63,450 bases of DNA, filler included, from a candidate division NPL-UPA2 bacterium Unc8 (GCA_003574845.1; 4 parts of 4 records of this genome joined end to end with filler, not necessarily neighbours in it), one strand, 5' to 3'; shown: positions 47,457 through 57,838, counted from the whole stretch's first letter. Made by a program: numbers and translations. Notes: generated from the sequence alone by a model not told the origin.

Positions 47457-49466
47457 CTATTTTTCTTCAGCAATTATCTTCTCACTGATGTGTGAAGGCA
47501 CCTTTTCATAATGCGAAAATTTCATATGATATGAGCCGGTTCCTTTCGTCATAGAACGTAAGTTAGTGGAGTAGTGGTCCATATCCGCCAGCGGAACGAC
47601 AGCATTAATTAGTGTAAGGCTCCCTCGCGGCTCCGTGCCTATTACCTGTCCTCGTCTCCCGTTGAGGTCTCCGGTAACGTTACCAAGGTACACATCGGGA
47701 ATGGCTACTTCAACGCTTATAATTGGCTCCAAAAGCACCGGAGCTGCCTCCAAAAGTGCCTTCTTTATGGCAAGAGAACCGGCAACCTGAAATGCCATAT
47801 CGGATGAATCTACCTTATGAAATGTTCCGTCGTCAAGGGTAGCCCGGAAATCAACAGTCGGGTAATTTGCCAAAACACCTTTTTGTATTGCCTCTTTTAC
47901 TCCCTTTTCAACAGCAGGGATATATTTTGCCGGAATTGCACCGCCTACAATCCCATTTACAAATTCAAATCCTTCTCCGCGTTGCAGTGGTTCAACTCTG
48001 AGCCAGACATCGCCATATTGACCGCGTCCTCCTGACTGACGTTTAAACTTACCCTGAACACGAGCCTTTCCAGTAATTGTCTCGCGGTAGGCTACCTTTG
48101 CTTTTTCTATCTCAACTTCAACGCCGAACTTATTGCGTAGCTCATCAATGATAATCTCAAGGTGAAGTTCTCCAAGCCCGGAGATTATTGTCTGACCGAG
48201 TTCATGGTCTATCCGCGTCGCAAACGTCCTGTCCTCTTCCTTGACTTTTGCTATTGCTGTCATCAGTTTTTCCTGGTCCTTTTTAGCCTTTGGTTTGATA
48301 GCAATAGAAATTGTCGGCTCCGGAAACTCTATTGCCGGCAGGATAATCGGAGCTTTCCTGTCGCATAATGTATCTCCTGTGGAGGTTTCCTTTAGTTTTG
48401 CCACCGCTGCCAGATCTCCAGGGGCAACTTTTCCGACTTCTTCTTTCCCCTTTCCCTGCAGCATAAGAATCTGCCCTATTTTCTCTTCAACTCCCTTTGT
48501 TGCATTAAAGACTGATGTTCCTGAACTGAGAGAACCCGAATATACTCTAAAGAGGCTCAGGGAACCAAGATGCGGCTCAAAAAGTGTCTTAAAAACAAGG
48601 GCGCTAAACGGCTCATCTTCTCCTCTCCGCCTCAAAACCTCTTTTTCGCCTCCTCCTTTCCCGGTGAGAGGTGCTCTATCGCTGGGAGATGGAAGAAACC
48701 CCACTATAGCATCAAGCAACTCAGTAATGCTAATTGCCCGAAGTGCAGAGCCAACTAAAACGGGAATAATTTTCCCTTTAAGCGTTCCCGCCCGTAGACC
48801 TCCTTTAAGCTCATCTATTGAGAGGCTTTCTTCTTCAATGTATTTTTCTAAAAGCTCATCGTCAAGTTCTGCAATGTGTTCAATTAGCTCTTTTCGGTGC
48901 TTCTCTGCCATGCCTGCCATCTCCGCCGGGATTTCTCCTTCTTTCATACTAAGAAGGTCAATAACTCCACAAAATCCATTTCCTTCATCAATAGGCAACT
49001 GGAGAAGCACAACTCCATTTCCCCATGTCTTCTTTGCCGCTTCCAAAAGCGGTAGAAATGAGACATCTTCTCCATCCATCTTGTTCACAAAGATTATTCG
49101 CGGGAGACTTTCCTCATCTGCATATTTCCATACTTTCTCCGTGCCTGTCTCAATGCCGGATTGGGCAGAAACAATGATAACTGCTCCGTCCACAACTCGC
49201 AGGCTTTCTTTAACCTCGCCAGCAAAGTCGGCATAACCCGGAGTATCAATAAAATTAATGGTGTGCTCTTTCCACTGGCAATGAGTAAGTGAAGACCTGA
49301 TACTGACTTTTCTTTTTACCTCATCCTCGGCATAATCACTTATTGTTGTTCCGTCTTCAACTTTTCCCTGCCTTTTGGTTGCTCCTGCCTTGTAAAGAAT
49401 AGATTCAATGAGCGATGTCTTTCCCGCTCCTCCGTGAGCTATGAGAGCAACTGTTCTTTTTTTCAT
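47457..49466 (-). CDS. fusA: Elongation factor G (EF-G2-like paralogue)
   Basis: AHGGAGKTS, DTPGYADF, NKMD, GLGELHLE, QSGGRGQYG, VDSSDMAF. Confidence 0.9.
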   Translation of the reverse strand: MKKRTVALIAHGGAGKTSLIESILYKAGATKRQGKVEDGTTISDYAEDEVKRKVSIRSSLTHCQWKEHTINFIDTPGYADFAGEVKESLRVVDGAVIIVSAQSGIETGTEKVWKYADEESLPRIIFVNKMDGEDVSFLPLLEAAKKTWGNGVVLLQLPIDEGNGFCGVIDLLSMKEGEIPAEMAGMAEKHRKELIEHIAELDDELLEKYIEEESLSIDELKGGLRAGTLKGKIIPVLVGSALRAISITELLDAIVGFLPSPSDRAPLTGKGGGEKEVLRRRGEDEPFSALVFKTLFEPHLGSLSLFRVYSGSLSSGTSVFNATKGVEEKIGQILMLQGKGKEEVGKVAPGDLAAVAKLKETSTGDTLCDRKAPIILPAIEFPEPTISIAIKPKAKKDQEKLMTAIAKVKEEDRTFATRIDHELGQTIISGLGELHLEIIIDELRNKFGVEVEIEKAKVAYRETITGKARVQGKFKRQSGGRGQYGDVWLRVEPLQRGEGFEFVNGIVGGAIPAKYIPAVEKGVKEAIQKGVLANYPTVDFRATLDDGTFHKVDSSDMAFQVAGSLAIKKALLEAAPVLLEPIISVEVAIPDVYLGNVTGDLNGRRGQVIGTEPRGSLTLINAVVPLADMDHYSTNLRSMTKGTGSYHMKFSHYEKVPSHISEKIIAEEK

Positions 49467-49477
49467 CTCTTCTCCTT

Positions 49478-50857
49478 CTATTTTCCAATGCAAAACCGGG
49501 AAAAAATCTCATTCAGGATATCGTCCGTTGTAACCTCTCCGGTTACTTCTCCTATACTTCGCAGTCCGTCCCTTAGCTCAAAGGCAATAAGTTCAAGAGG
49601 AATTTCTCCTGCTGTGGTAGTCAATAGACTATGAGCATTTTCAAGACATCTCAATGCTTTCTCCAGCATGGTTTGATGTCTGAGGTTAGCAAGGAATGCT
49701 GGCTCTGGAGAAGGAACTCCCCTGAATAGAGAAACAATTGCTCTCTTCAGGTCAGAGATGCCGCTTCCCTCCTTTGCCGAGACACTGACAATGTCCTCAG
49801 AGGAAAAAAAAATCCTCACTTTGTTTATTCTCATTGGCAGGTCTATCTTGTTAATCACCACAAGTGTCTTTTTTTTACTCACCTCTTCGGCAATTTCGGT
49901 ATCCGCACCGGAGAGGGGAGTAGAACCATCAAGGACAAATAGAATAAGGTCTGCCTCACGAAGAGCCAGGCGAGTTCTTCTAATACTCTCTCTATCTATC
50001 AAGTTCTTTGCTTTTCTAATTCCTGCCGTATCAATCAGTCGCGCCGGCAGTCCGTCTATGTCCAGAAATTCTTCAATTGTATCTCTTGTTGTGCCAGGCA
50101 GGGGAGTAACAATTGCCCGCTCTCTCTCAAGAAGGCTATTTAAGAGCGTTGATTTGCCTACGTTTGGCCTCCCCGCGAGGGAAATTGTAATTCCTTCTCT
50201 GAGAAGTCTACTTTGTTTAGCAGTAGCGAGAAGTTCTTCTAAGACAGAGGTGATTTTAGCTATGCTCTCAGCCATTTTATCTGCGCTGAAAGTACCGATA
50301 TCCTCTTCCGGAAAATCAATAGATGCCTCTACCTGAGCAAGTAGTTCAGTTAATTTCTCAGAAACTTGTTTTAGTCTTTTTGAAAATTCACCCCACAACT
50401 GAGAAAGCGCACTCCTGAGTCCTGACTCTGTTTTAGCCCTGATGATCTCTACGACGGCTTCTGCCTGAGTGAGGTCAATTCTTCCATTCAAGAATGCTCT
50501 TTTGGTAAATTCTCCGGGTTGAGCGAGGCGAGCTCCTTCTCTTAAGGTTAATTCCATAACTTTCTTTAAGAGAATAATTCCTCCATGACAGTTTATCTCC
50601 ACCACATCCTCGCGGGTATATGTCCGGGGAGCTCTCATTACGGTGAGCAGGACCTCGTCCAGCACTTCTCCGTTAGAGGCTATGCAGCCATAGTGAAGAG
50701 TGTGGGTAGATGCCTTAGATGGTTTTAAGCCATTTTTGCCTTTAAATATCCGATCAGCAATAGTCAGAGAGCGTGAGCCGCTTAAACGAACTATTCCGAT
50801 GCCACCTTCTCCTGGCGAGGTGGATATGGCAACTATTGTTTCTCTTTCCTCATTCAT
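49478..50857 (-). CDS. mnmE: tRNA modification GTPase MnmE
   Basis: TIVAIST..GIGIVRLSG, GRPNVGKS, GTTRD, DTAG, C-terminal FCIGK. Confidence 0.97.
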   Translation of the reverse strand: MNEERETIVAISTSPGEGGIGIVRLSGSRSLTIADRIFKGKNGLKPSKASTHTLHYGCIASNGEVLDEVLLTVMRAPRTYTREDVVEINCHGGIILLKKVMELTLREGARLAQPGEFTKRAFLNGRIDLTQAEAVVEIIRAKTESGLRSALSQLWGEFSKRLKQVSEKLTELLAQVEASIDFPEEDIGTFSADKMAESIAKITSVLEELLATAKQSRLLREGITISLAGRPNVGKSTLLNSLLERERAIVTPLPGTTRDTIEEFLDIDGLPARLIDTAGIRKAKNLIDRESIRRTRLALREADLILFVLDGSTPLSGADTEIAEEVSKKKTLVVINKIDLPMRINKVRIFFSSEDIVSVSAKEGSGISDLKRAIVSLFRGVPSPEPAFLANLRHQTMLEKALRCLENAHSLLTTTAGEIPLELIAFELRDGLRSIGEVTGEVTTDDILNEIFSRFCIGK

Positions 50858-50864
50858 AATCGTA

Positions 50865-50984
50865 GCAGTCTACAGTTCACAGTTTGCAGTTTACAGTCCA
50901 CAGTTTGCAGGTAAGTATTCTGAGTCCTGAATTCTGGCTTCTGACTCCTGACTTCTGACTTCCAATCACCAATCACCAATCACC
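50865..50984. repeat. Heptamer mosaic (ACAGTTT, TTCTGAC, AATCACC)
   Basis: Same module order as 26531-26645. Confidence 0.85.
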
Positions 50985-50987
50985 TTT

Positions 50988-52958
50988 CTACTGCTTTTGG
51001 GCAAGGCGATGAGTAATCAATCGCGGGATACTGGTAAAAACATTAAAGCATAGCCAGTAAAGAACCATTCCTGCCGGAAATCCCAGGAAAAGAAGCGTGA
51101 GCACCGCCGGCATCATATAGGTCATCATTTTTGCCTGTCCTGGTTGAGCGGCGGTAACTCCCATTCCGGTCAACTTAGTCTGAAATATTTGCGCTACTCC
51201 CATCAGGATAGGAATGACAAAATATGGGTCTGGAGCTGACAGGTCTCTTATCCAGAGAATAAAGGGTGCCTGCCTTAATGCAATTGAGTTATTGAGCACT
51301 GCAAAGAGGGCAACAAAGACTGGCATCTGGAAAAGCAGAGGGAGACATCCACCTTTACACCCGGCGAGTGGATTAACTCCACGACGTTTGTAAAGCTCCA
51401 TTGTCTCTTTCTGCACCTTTTGAGGATTGTTTTTATACTTCTGCTGAATTACCTTCATCTCCGGCTGAAGCTTCTGCATATCCTCAGACATCTTGCGCAT
51501 TGCATCAAAACTTTTGCGCGTAAAGGGGTAAAGAATGAGGTTAACGAGGAGTGAAAGGAGAACAATAGACCAGCCATAATTTCCTACCCAGCGATACAAC
51601 ATCCTGAGAGCAGGGTAAATTGGCACTACCGATGCCCAGAAGCCAAAATCAACTACTTTCTCCAGCCCAGCCCCGACGTCTCTTAACACGTCAATACTCT
51701 TGGGGCCAAGATAAAGCTGGAGTTTGCCTACTCCATTAAATCCTAAGGCAATAATGTATTTTTCTTCTTTTCTTTCAATCCTTGCTGCGACTTCTTCTTT
51801 TTCAGGAATTAAAGCGGCAACAAAGTATTTGCTCTGTATTGCTACCCAGAGGAATTTTTCTCTATACATTCTGACAACTTCACCTTGTTCAAATGCCTCT
51901 CTGTTAGGGCTGTTCTCATCAGGAAGGAGAATCAGTGGACCCACATACATTGCTCTTCCGGCGTCAACTATCCCTGGTGTGCCAACCCCCGGACCGAACT
52001 CAAGGGAGAAGGCATTCCCATCAGCACCTTCTATCAAAGTTTTAACCCCAATGCTATATTCATCTCCAGAGATAATAAATTGCTGCTCTATTCTCAACTC
52101 GCCAGCCTCGTAAATAAAAGTGATTGTTTCTTCCTCTCCGGGAGGAATTACAATTGTCCCCTCTTTATCAGCACTGAACAGGCTTGTAATCATTTCACCA
52201 TCATCAAGCCTCATTCCGGCGCCATAATATCCTTTGTGGCGAGCGCGGAAAGAGATGAGGTCTATATTTCTCCTTTCCGCTATTTCCCACCGAAGCTTCT
52301 GCGCTTCATTCCGAGTATTCATTTCCATAGCCGACTGCAGACGCCATTCTAATTCTTTTATTTGCACCAGATTTTCCATTGCATAAGCGGCAAACTCTCT
52401 TAATTTCCCTGCGCCAATACCAATCGCTTCGCGCCTGAGGCTTCCTGCTCCCCTCATTTTTTCCAGTGCTATTTCCTCCAGGCCTTTCTCTAACGCCCGG
52501 ATGTCTCCTTCGCGCCTGACCAGCCTGAGAAAAAGATATTTATCCTTAGCTGCACTATAGATGAGACTTTCTGCATCTTCTTTCCCGAGAGCGGAAGCTA
52601 CCTCAGCATCAAGAGTATTGTTAATAAGTCTAAGGGTAAGGGGCGGTGGCCGATTCCAGAAAATATCTCTAACCCCTCGCCGCAGTGGAAGTAAGGACTC
52701 CTCATATTCTTTCAAGATAAAACTTTTAATGCGAGCGCCACTCGTTGTCAAAACCAGACGGTACAAATTTGTATAAACTATGATATCTTCAGCATCAGCT
52801 TCTACCCCGGGAGCCACTAATGGCTCCTCTACCGCTATCTTGAGCTTTTCAGGAAGCTGCTCCGCCGGAGTGGTAATCGGTTGCGGCGGGAAAAGAAAAA
52901 CATATAAAAGCATGAGAAGCATTGAAACAGCAAGAGCCAGAGCAAATCTTTTTTCCAT
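50988..52958 (-). CDS. yidC: Membrane protein insertase YidC with an enlarged periplasmic domain
   Basis: LYLGPK, GNYGWSI, GCLPLLFQMP, WIRDLSAPDP, GMVLYW. Confidence 0.93.
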   Translation of the reverse strand: MEKRFALALAVSMLLMLLYVFLFPPQPITTPAEQLPEKLKIAVEEPLVAPGVEADAEDIIVYTNLYRLVLTTSGARIKSFILKEYEESLLPLRRGVRDIFWNRPPPLTLRLINNTLDAEVASALGKEDAESLIYSAAKDKYLFLRLVRREGDIRALEKGLEEIALEKMRGAGSLRREAIGIGAGKLREFAAYAMENLVQIKELEWRLQSAMEMNTRNEAQKLRWEIAERRNIDLISFRARHKGYYGAGMRLDDGEMITSLFSADKEGTIVIPPGEEETITFIYEAGELRIEQQFIISGDEYSIGVKTLIEGADGNAFSLEFGPGVGTPGIVDAGRAMYVGPLILLPDENSPNREAFEQGEVVRMYREKFLWVAIQSKYFVAALIPEKEEVAARIERKEEKYIIALGFNGVGKLQLYLGPKSIDVLRDVGAGLEKVVDFGFWASVVPIYPALRMLYRWVGNYGWSIVLLSLLVNLILYPFTRKSFDAMRKMSEDMQKLQPEMKVIQQKYKNNPQKVQKETMELYKRRGVNPLAGCKGGCLPLLFQMPVFVALFAVLNNSIALRQAPFILWIRDLSAPDPYFVIPILMGVAQIFQTKLTGMGVTAAQPGQAKMMTYMMPAVLTLLFLGFPAGMVLYWLCFNVFTSIPRLITHRLAQKQ

Positions 52959-52959
52959 T

Positions 52960-53214
52960 TTATTTTTCCTTTACAGGGTCATACCCGCCCGTGTTGATTG
53001 GATGGCAGCGGAGAAGTCTTTTTATTGCCATGTGGCAGCCTTTTTTTAACCCATATTTCTCAACTGCCTCGCGCGCATACTCCGAGCAGGACGGCTCAAA
53101 GCGGCACACCTTCGGCAGAAAAGGAGAGATAACCTTCTGATAGATAACGATTAAGTTAATCCCGCCCTCTTGCAGAAGGCGGGATAACTTCCATAAAAAT
53201 ATTGCTATTTTCAT
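52960..53214 (-). CDS. yidD: Membrane protein insertion efficiency factor
   Basis: [31 protein letters not shown]. Confidence 0.95.
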   Translation of the reverse strand: MKIAIFLWKLSRLLQEGGINLIVIYQKVISPFLPKVCRFEPSCSEYAREAVEKYGLKKGCHMAIKRLLRCHPINTGGYDPVKEK

Positions 53215-53226
53215 CTCTGCCCGCTC

Positions 53227-55332
53227 TCAATGTCGGTGGTAAAGCCAATGGTACATATTGTAATTTCTCAGGACTCTTTTTACGAATGTTCTTGTCTCAT
53301 CGCGAGGAATCATCTCAATGAATTCGTCCATGTCAGAAAAGCCTCCTCTCCCGGTCCATCTTCGGACATTACCCTGTCCTCCATTATAAGCAGCAATAGC
53401 AAAAGCAACATTCCCATCAAAGACTTCAAGGAGGTGATTAATATACCATGCTCCCATTCTTATGTTTGCTGCCGGGTTAAAAGGAGAAAATTCTATGTTA
53501 AGTTTTTCAGCTATCCAGCGCCCGGTTGATGGAATAAACTGCATCAGTCCTCTTGCATCTGAAATGGATACCGCCTGCGGGTTAAATCGGGACTCCGCGT
53601 GAATAATTGCCCATATAAGAAATGGGTCTACTTCAAACTCCTGTGCGTAACGTTTCACGTATTCGTGAAAATGCCGTGGGAAGAGGTAAAAGAGAAGCTC
53701 TTTATAGAGAGAAGCCCATCTTTTGGATGCAATCTCTATCTGCATTATTGACCTGCGGTAGTCTCCCAACTCTGTGTAGAGAGCGGCTAAATTAAAGAAA
53801 AATTCCTGGTCTCTATTGATGGGACTAAGACGAATCTCCCCAATAGCATCCTCATACATCTCTGCTCTTATCAGGGCAACCCCTTTGCGAAAATTGACAT
53901 TGACATCATCACGAAGAGTCATCTGTGAGAACATTTTCATCTCCCCGCTTACCGGAAATAAAATATAGTTATCAATAGTTATTTTCCCTAAAAGCTCATC
54001 ATTTAATCGGTCAATCCGCTGCACTGCCTGAAAGCGGTAAAAATGAATGGGAAAAGAACTTATTAACGCCTGATAAGTCTCAATTGCTTTTAGATAATCT
54101 CCCATCTTTTCCTGAGACCTTCCAAGCCAGTACATTGCTTCTGGAGCAAGAGGGCTATCCGGATGATGGTGAAAGATAAAAGCAAAAAAATTAGCGGCCT
54201 CAGAAAAATCCTCTTTTTCCATAAAATAACGGGCAATCCGACGGGAGATTTTGTCTCCTAACTCTCCATCAGGGTATCTGGTCAAGATACGCTTATATTT
54301 GCTTATCGCTTCAGATAGCTTTCCTTTTTCTTCTAATAACTCCCCCTGTCTTTTCAAAGAATCCTCAGCAAGAGAGTGAGAGGGATAGGTAGCAATTAGT
54401 TGTTCATAATTCTTAAATGCCATCTCTAAATCACGGAGGGCATGAAACTCGCCGGCAATCATATAAATAGCACGTGGGCGGAGGTCGCTATGTGGAAAAT
54501 GGGAGGAGAGTTTTTTGTATGCCTCTATTGCCAGATTATGTTCCCCTATGTTAGAATAAATGTCTCCAATAAGCATCTGAACATCGGCAGCAAGTTTTGA
54601 GGTAATTTCTTCCTGGGAAATTTCTATTAGTATAGCAAGCGCCAGCTCATATTGACGATGATGCTTAAGAACCCTGGCGTCTTCATATCTCTCTGTGACC
54701 GTTAATTGCGTGGTAAGTTCAGTTTTTATCTCTTTGCTTTTCCTGAGAGACGCAAGTGCCCGATCGCTTCGTGGAAAGTCAGAAATTACCTTCCGATAAA
54801 AGAAGAGCGCCTCAGCCCACTTCCTTAGAGACAGGTACTCTGTAGCAAGGAGAAAGTAGAGTCTATCCTGTGTAAAAAAAGAAGGGTCTTCAATAAGCCT
54901 GTGATAGGCAGTTATTGCCTCAGCATGTTGGGAGCCTTTAGAACGAAGTCCGGCTACCCGAAATAACGCTACTGATGTTAGGCGGTGCTGAGGATGTAGA
55001 GTCAGGAATCGTGAATAGGTTTTCAGAGCGCTTTCATCTTCACCAAGACGCTGATAAGATACTGCCAAGTAAAAAAGCGCATAGCAAGATAGAAGAGGAT
55101 GATTTCTTGCTGCCTCTTTGAAATAGGAGGAAGCATCGGCATACCTCTTTTCCTGAAAGAGCGCATACCCCTGCCGCAGACTCTCCTCTCTTGCAGCAAC
55201 TCCGGATGTACCCAGAGCGATGAGGATAATGAGCAGGAAAAAAATACCTCTTTTGACTTTTCTAACGGGTTGTAGTAGGGTAACCGAAGAGGAGGAATTA
55301 TGGACCAGGTTTATATGTTTGTTTTTCATCAT
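53227..55332 (-). CDS. TPR-containing soluble lytic transglycosylase (Slt-like); start uncertain
   Basis: AIIHAESRF, ARGLMQF, AAYNGG, ETRTFV; signal-like segment RGIFFLLIILIALG. Confidence 0.88.
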   Translation of the reverse strand: MMKNKHINLVHNSSSSVTLLQPVRKVKRGIFFLLIILIALGTSGVAAREESLRQGYALFQEKRYADASSYFKEAARNHPLLSCYALFYLAVSYQRLGEDESALKTYSRFLTLHPQHRLTSVALFRVAGLRSKGSQHAEAITAYHRLIEDPSFFTQDRLYFLLATEYLSLRKWAEALFFYRKVISDFPRSDRALASLRKSKEIKTELTTQLTVTERYEDARVLKHHRQYELALAILIEISQEEITSKLAADVQMLIGDIYSNIGEHNLAIEAYKKLSSHFPHSDLRPRAIYMIAGEFHALRDLEMAFKNYEQLIATYPSHSLAEDSLKRQGELLEEKGKLSEAISKYKRILTRYPDGELGDKISRRIARYFMEKEDFSEAANFFAFIFHHHPDSPLAPEAMYWLGRSQEKMGDYLKAIETYQALISSFPIHFYRFQAVQRIDRLNDELLGKITIDNYILFPVSGEMKMFSQMTLRDDVNVNFRKGVALIRAEMYEDAIGEIRLSPINRDQEFFFNLAALYTELGDYRRSIMQIEIASKRWASLYKELLFYLFPRHFHEYVKRYAQEFEVDPFLIWAIIHAESRFNPQAVSISDARGLMQFIPSTGRWIAEKLNIEFSPFNPAANIRMGAWYINHLLEVFDGNVAFAIAAYNGGQGNVRRWTGRGGFSDMDEFIEMIPRDETRTFVKRVLRNYNMYHWLYHRH

Positions 55333-55509
55333 ATGAGGTTGATTTTTATTGGAATAGGTATTGCCATGTTTATTGAAGGGATTATCTGGTTCTTCTTTCC
55401 GGAAAAAGTCACCAGATATCTTGCCGGTCAAGTGCTCAAATTGCGCATTGCCGGCGTCATCCTTCTTCTCATTTCTCTCACTCTTATTTACGCCACTATC
55501 TATCATTAA
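55333..55509 (+). CDS. DUF2065 (YjeT-like) small membrane protein; alternative start at 55300
   Basis: IGIAMFIEGIIWFFFPE..LRIAGVILL pattern. Confidence 0.6.
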   Translation: MRLIFIGIGIAMFIEGIIWFFFPEKVTRYLAGQVLKLRIAGVILLLISLTLIYATIYH

Positions 55510-55527
55510 AATTAGGCTGAAGACCAC

Positions 55528-55618
55528 TTACTTCTTTTTGTACTCCGGACACTTCAGAGCATTCGGTCTTTCGCGACGGAGGCAAACATTTCCCCAGTCA
55601 TATTTGCAGGTATCGCAC
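55528..55618 (-). CDS. 3' end of a small Cys-rich protein (cut by contig edge)
   Basis: Minus frame CDTCKYDWGNVCLRRERPNALKCPEYKKK*. Confidence 0.45.
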
Positions 55619-55718
55619 NNNNNNNNNNNNNNNNNNNNNNNNNNNNNNNNNNNNNNNNNNNNTTAATTAATTAANNNNNNNNNNNNNNNNNNNNNNNNNN
55701 NNNNNNNNNNNNNNNNNN
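55619..55718. other. Artificial contig linker
   Basis: N44-TTAATTAATTAA-N44. Confidence 0.98.
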
Positions 55719-55721
55719 ACA

Positions 55722-55801
55722 CTGAACACGTTATTCTTGGTAGCCGCAGGCTTCAGCCTGCGCCGAAGTAACGCAACCTAAAGGTTGCGGCTACCTTCAA
55801 A
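55722..55801. repeat. Internal part of the 126-bp MITE (REP doublet), inverted
   Basis: tgaacacgttattcttggtagccgcaggcttcagcctgcg...gcggctaccttcaaa matches the reverse complement of 41937-42016. Confidence 0.85.
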
Positions 55802-55807
55802 TACGAC

Positions 55808-56980
55808 TTACTCTACACTGTCCAGTCCAAGCGCCTTGCGAATAACTTTATTGATAAATGTGTTGTCAATTGTTCCACTTATTAACTCAGAATATTTCCC
55901 ATAAGCCCGGGTGATTGTGCCGCTGCCATAGTCTCTTATAACTCCGGCCCAGATGATAGAAAACTCCATTCCATCCGGAGTTGTGAATTTTTCCCGTCCG
56001 CGCTTACTTTTTGCAATCTGTGGACCGCCGGCAATACTGTCCGATGCTGTAATAAGCAATGTGTCAGGATTATCTTTTGCAAACTCCAGTGCCACCCCAA
56101 TCGCATCATCTGCCCGTTTTGCCGCTGCAATTGCCATTCTTTCGTGATTCATATTGGAGAAGTCATCTGTTCCTTCTTCTTCTACTACTAAGAGAAAACC
56201 TCTTCGGACACCCCCTCCTCCGCCAGAGAGAATCTCCAGCGCAACCTCTACCATTTGCGCCAGTGATGGTGCATTCTCCTTGTATGCTCTTGGGGGAAAG
56301 ATGCTGTATATGTTCCCATCGGCAAATAGTCCCAGTAACTTTTCCGTCCCGGCAGGAAGTGCCAGAAGCTCTTTGGCATCGTAGACAATTGTATATCCTA
56401 ATATCCTGGCCTCTTCAATCAGGTTGCGACCGTCTCTGCGCCTGCCTTTTCCATGACGACCCTCAACTCCTTTCGGAAGAAACCATTCCTCACCCCCACC
56501 CAGGATTACCTCAACCCCTGCATGCAATATCTGGCTGGCAATTTCTTCTCGGTCCCGGCGGGACTCCACGCTGGCAACAAAGACGCCGGTGCCCGGTTCG
56601 GTAATGCAGCCGGTATTGATTAAGCCAACGGCCCGACCGGCATCTCTTGCATCCTCCATTACGGTACGAAGCGGCTTTCTATTCACACACAATCCATAGT
56701 AGCCGCGGTTGGTTTTTACTCCTGCCGCATGCGCCACTGCTCCCGAGACCGAATCAGGAGATAATCTATTGGCAATATGGTTCTTTGTTACCGCTACATT
56801 TGGCAGTCTGTCCCAATTGAGTATTCCGTCAGGACCATAAAACAATAATCTGACAGCAGTAAAATGCCCCTGCGATGTCCCGTCCGGATGGATGAAAATA
56901 ACGTTTTCAGCTCCTGCATCAGTTGGTATCGCCATTGCCATCAACAAAGAAACTACTGCTATTAAACCCTTACCTATCAT
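55808..56980 (-). CDS. phoA: Alkaline phosphatase (PhoA family), exported
   Basis: Signal peptide; NVIFIHPDG, PDSVSGA (catalytic Ser), VEEEGTDD, TIDNT. Confidence 0.85.
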   Translation of the reverse strand: MIGKGLIAVVSLLMAMAIPTDAGAENVIFIHPDGTSQGHFTAVRLLFYGPDGILNWDRLPNVAVTKNHIANRLSPDSVSGAVAHAAGVKTNRGYYGLCVNRKPLRTVMEDARDAGRAVGLINTGCITEPGTGVFVASVESRRDREEIASQILHAGVEVILGGGEEWFLPKGVEGRHGKGRRRDGRNLIEEARILGYTIVYDAKELLALPAGTEKLLGLFADGNIYSIFPPRAYKENAPSLAQMVEVALEILSGGGGGVRRGFLLVVEEEGTDDFSNMNHERMAIAAAKRADDAIGVALEFAKDNPDTLLITASDSIAGGPQIAKSKRGREKFTTPDGMEFSIIWAGVIRDYGSGTITRAYGKYSELISGTIDNTFINKVIRKALGLDSVE

Positions 56981-56989
56981 TTTCCCTTC

Positions 56990-57260
56990 TCCTATGTCTT
57001 AGGTTTTAGGCATTAGGTCTTAGTTTTTTAATCTCTCTCTAACACCTGACACCCAACGTATCATATCCCCAAAATCCCATCAAGAAAAATTGGTGAATGG
57101 TCATTGGTCAATAGTCAATGGTGAATGGTCAATAGTCAATGGTCACTACTTACTAATTTCTAATTTTCAATTAATTTTCAATTCTCAATTTTCAAATCTT
57201 GATTGTTTTATTCTGAATTCTGGCTTCTAACTTCTGGCTTCTGAATTCTAACTTCTGGCT
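56990..57260. repeat. Heptamer mosaic (TAGGTCT, GGTCAAT, TTTTCAA, TTCTGGC) overlapping the leuD 3' end
   Basis: Read directly; shares a block with 47345-47450. Confidence 0.8.
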
Positions 57261-57765
57261 TTGTCAAGATGTACTTCATCAGCCCACCAGCAGCAATTAT
57301 CTTCTGCATAAACTCAGGAAAAGGAGCAACTACCCACCTAACTTTCTCGTCACTATCGGTGCCACCCCTATGGTGAGCAGGAGACTTACTTATTGTCCCG
57401 GCAGAAATATCAACTTCAAGGATGTCGCCTTCATCTATTTCCTGAACTGCCTCAGGGCACTCCAGGATCGGTAATCCAATGTTAATAGAATTACGGTAGA
57501 AAATGCGGGCAAAACTTCTCGCAATAATGCAGGAAATTCCTGCTCCCTTAATCGCCAGTGGAGCATGCTCGCGTGATGAGCCGCAGCCAAAGTTTCTTCC
57601 TGCTACAATTATATTACCCGGCTCTATTCTGGCAGGAAGATTTTTGTCTAACCCCTCCAGACAGTGCTGAGCAAGAAAAGACGGCTCGCTGGTATTCAAG
57701 TAGACAGCGGGGATTATCTCATCAGTATTGATGTTATCACCTAATTTTAGAACTTTTCCTTTCAT
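57208..57765 (-). CDS. leuD: 3-isopropylmalate dehydratase small subunit
   Basis: [31 protein letters not shown]. Confidence 0.93.
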   Translation of the reverse strand: MKGKVLKLGDNINTDEIIPAVYLNTSEPSFLAQHCLEGLDKNLPARIEPGNIIVAGRNFGCGSSREHAPLAIKGAGISCIIARSFARIFYRNSINIGLPILECPEAVQEIDEGDILEVDISAGTISKSPAHHRGGTDSDEKVRWVVAPFPEFMQKIIAAGGLMKYILTKPEVRIQKPEVRSQNSE

Positions 57766-57810
57766 TGTATTTTATAGTCTAACACAGTCAGCATGATAAA
57801 TCAAAAAAAC

Positions 57811-57838
57811 TTGGAATTTTGTCAAGGTATGATATAAT
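57811..57838 (+). promoter_or_regulatory. Sigma70 promoter of lysA-dapF-dapA-dapB
   Basis: TTGGAA-16 bp-TATAAT with extended -10 TG. Confidence 0.55.

Noticed and set aside
48241-49236. 331-aa plus-strand ORF and other long antisense ORFs (33501-34058, 49758-50336, 23198-23761)
   Set aside because: Shadow frames of well-supported genes on the opposite strand.
47457-49466. EF-G outside the str operon with a non-canonical switch region
   Set aside because: Consistent with the common EF-G2 paralogue class; not novel.
55333-55527. N-terminal 65 aa of the 766-aa slt ORF
   Set aside because: Antisense to a plausible DUF2065 gene and upstream of the signal-like segment; probably not translated.
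57340-57395. Slightly long loop in LeuD ([16 protein letters not shown])
   Set aside because: No repeat, palindrome or duplication is visible; it cannot be told from normal loop variation without an alignment.
27190-57765. leuC and leuD 29 kb apart
   Set aside because: They are on different contigs, so the true distance is unknown.
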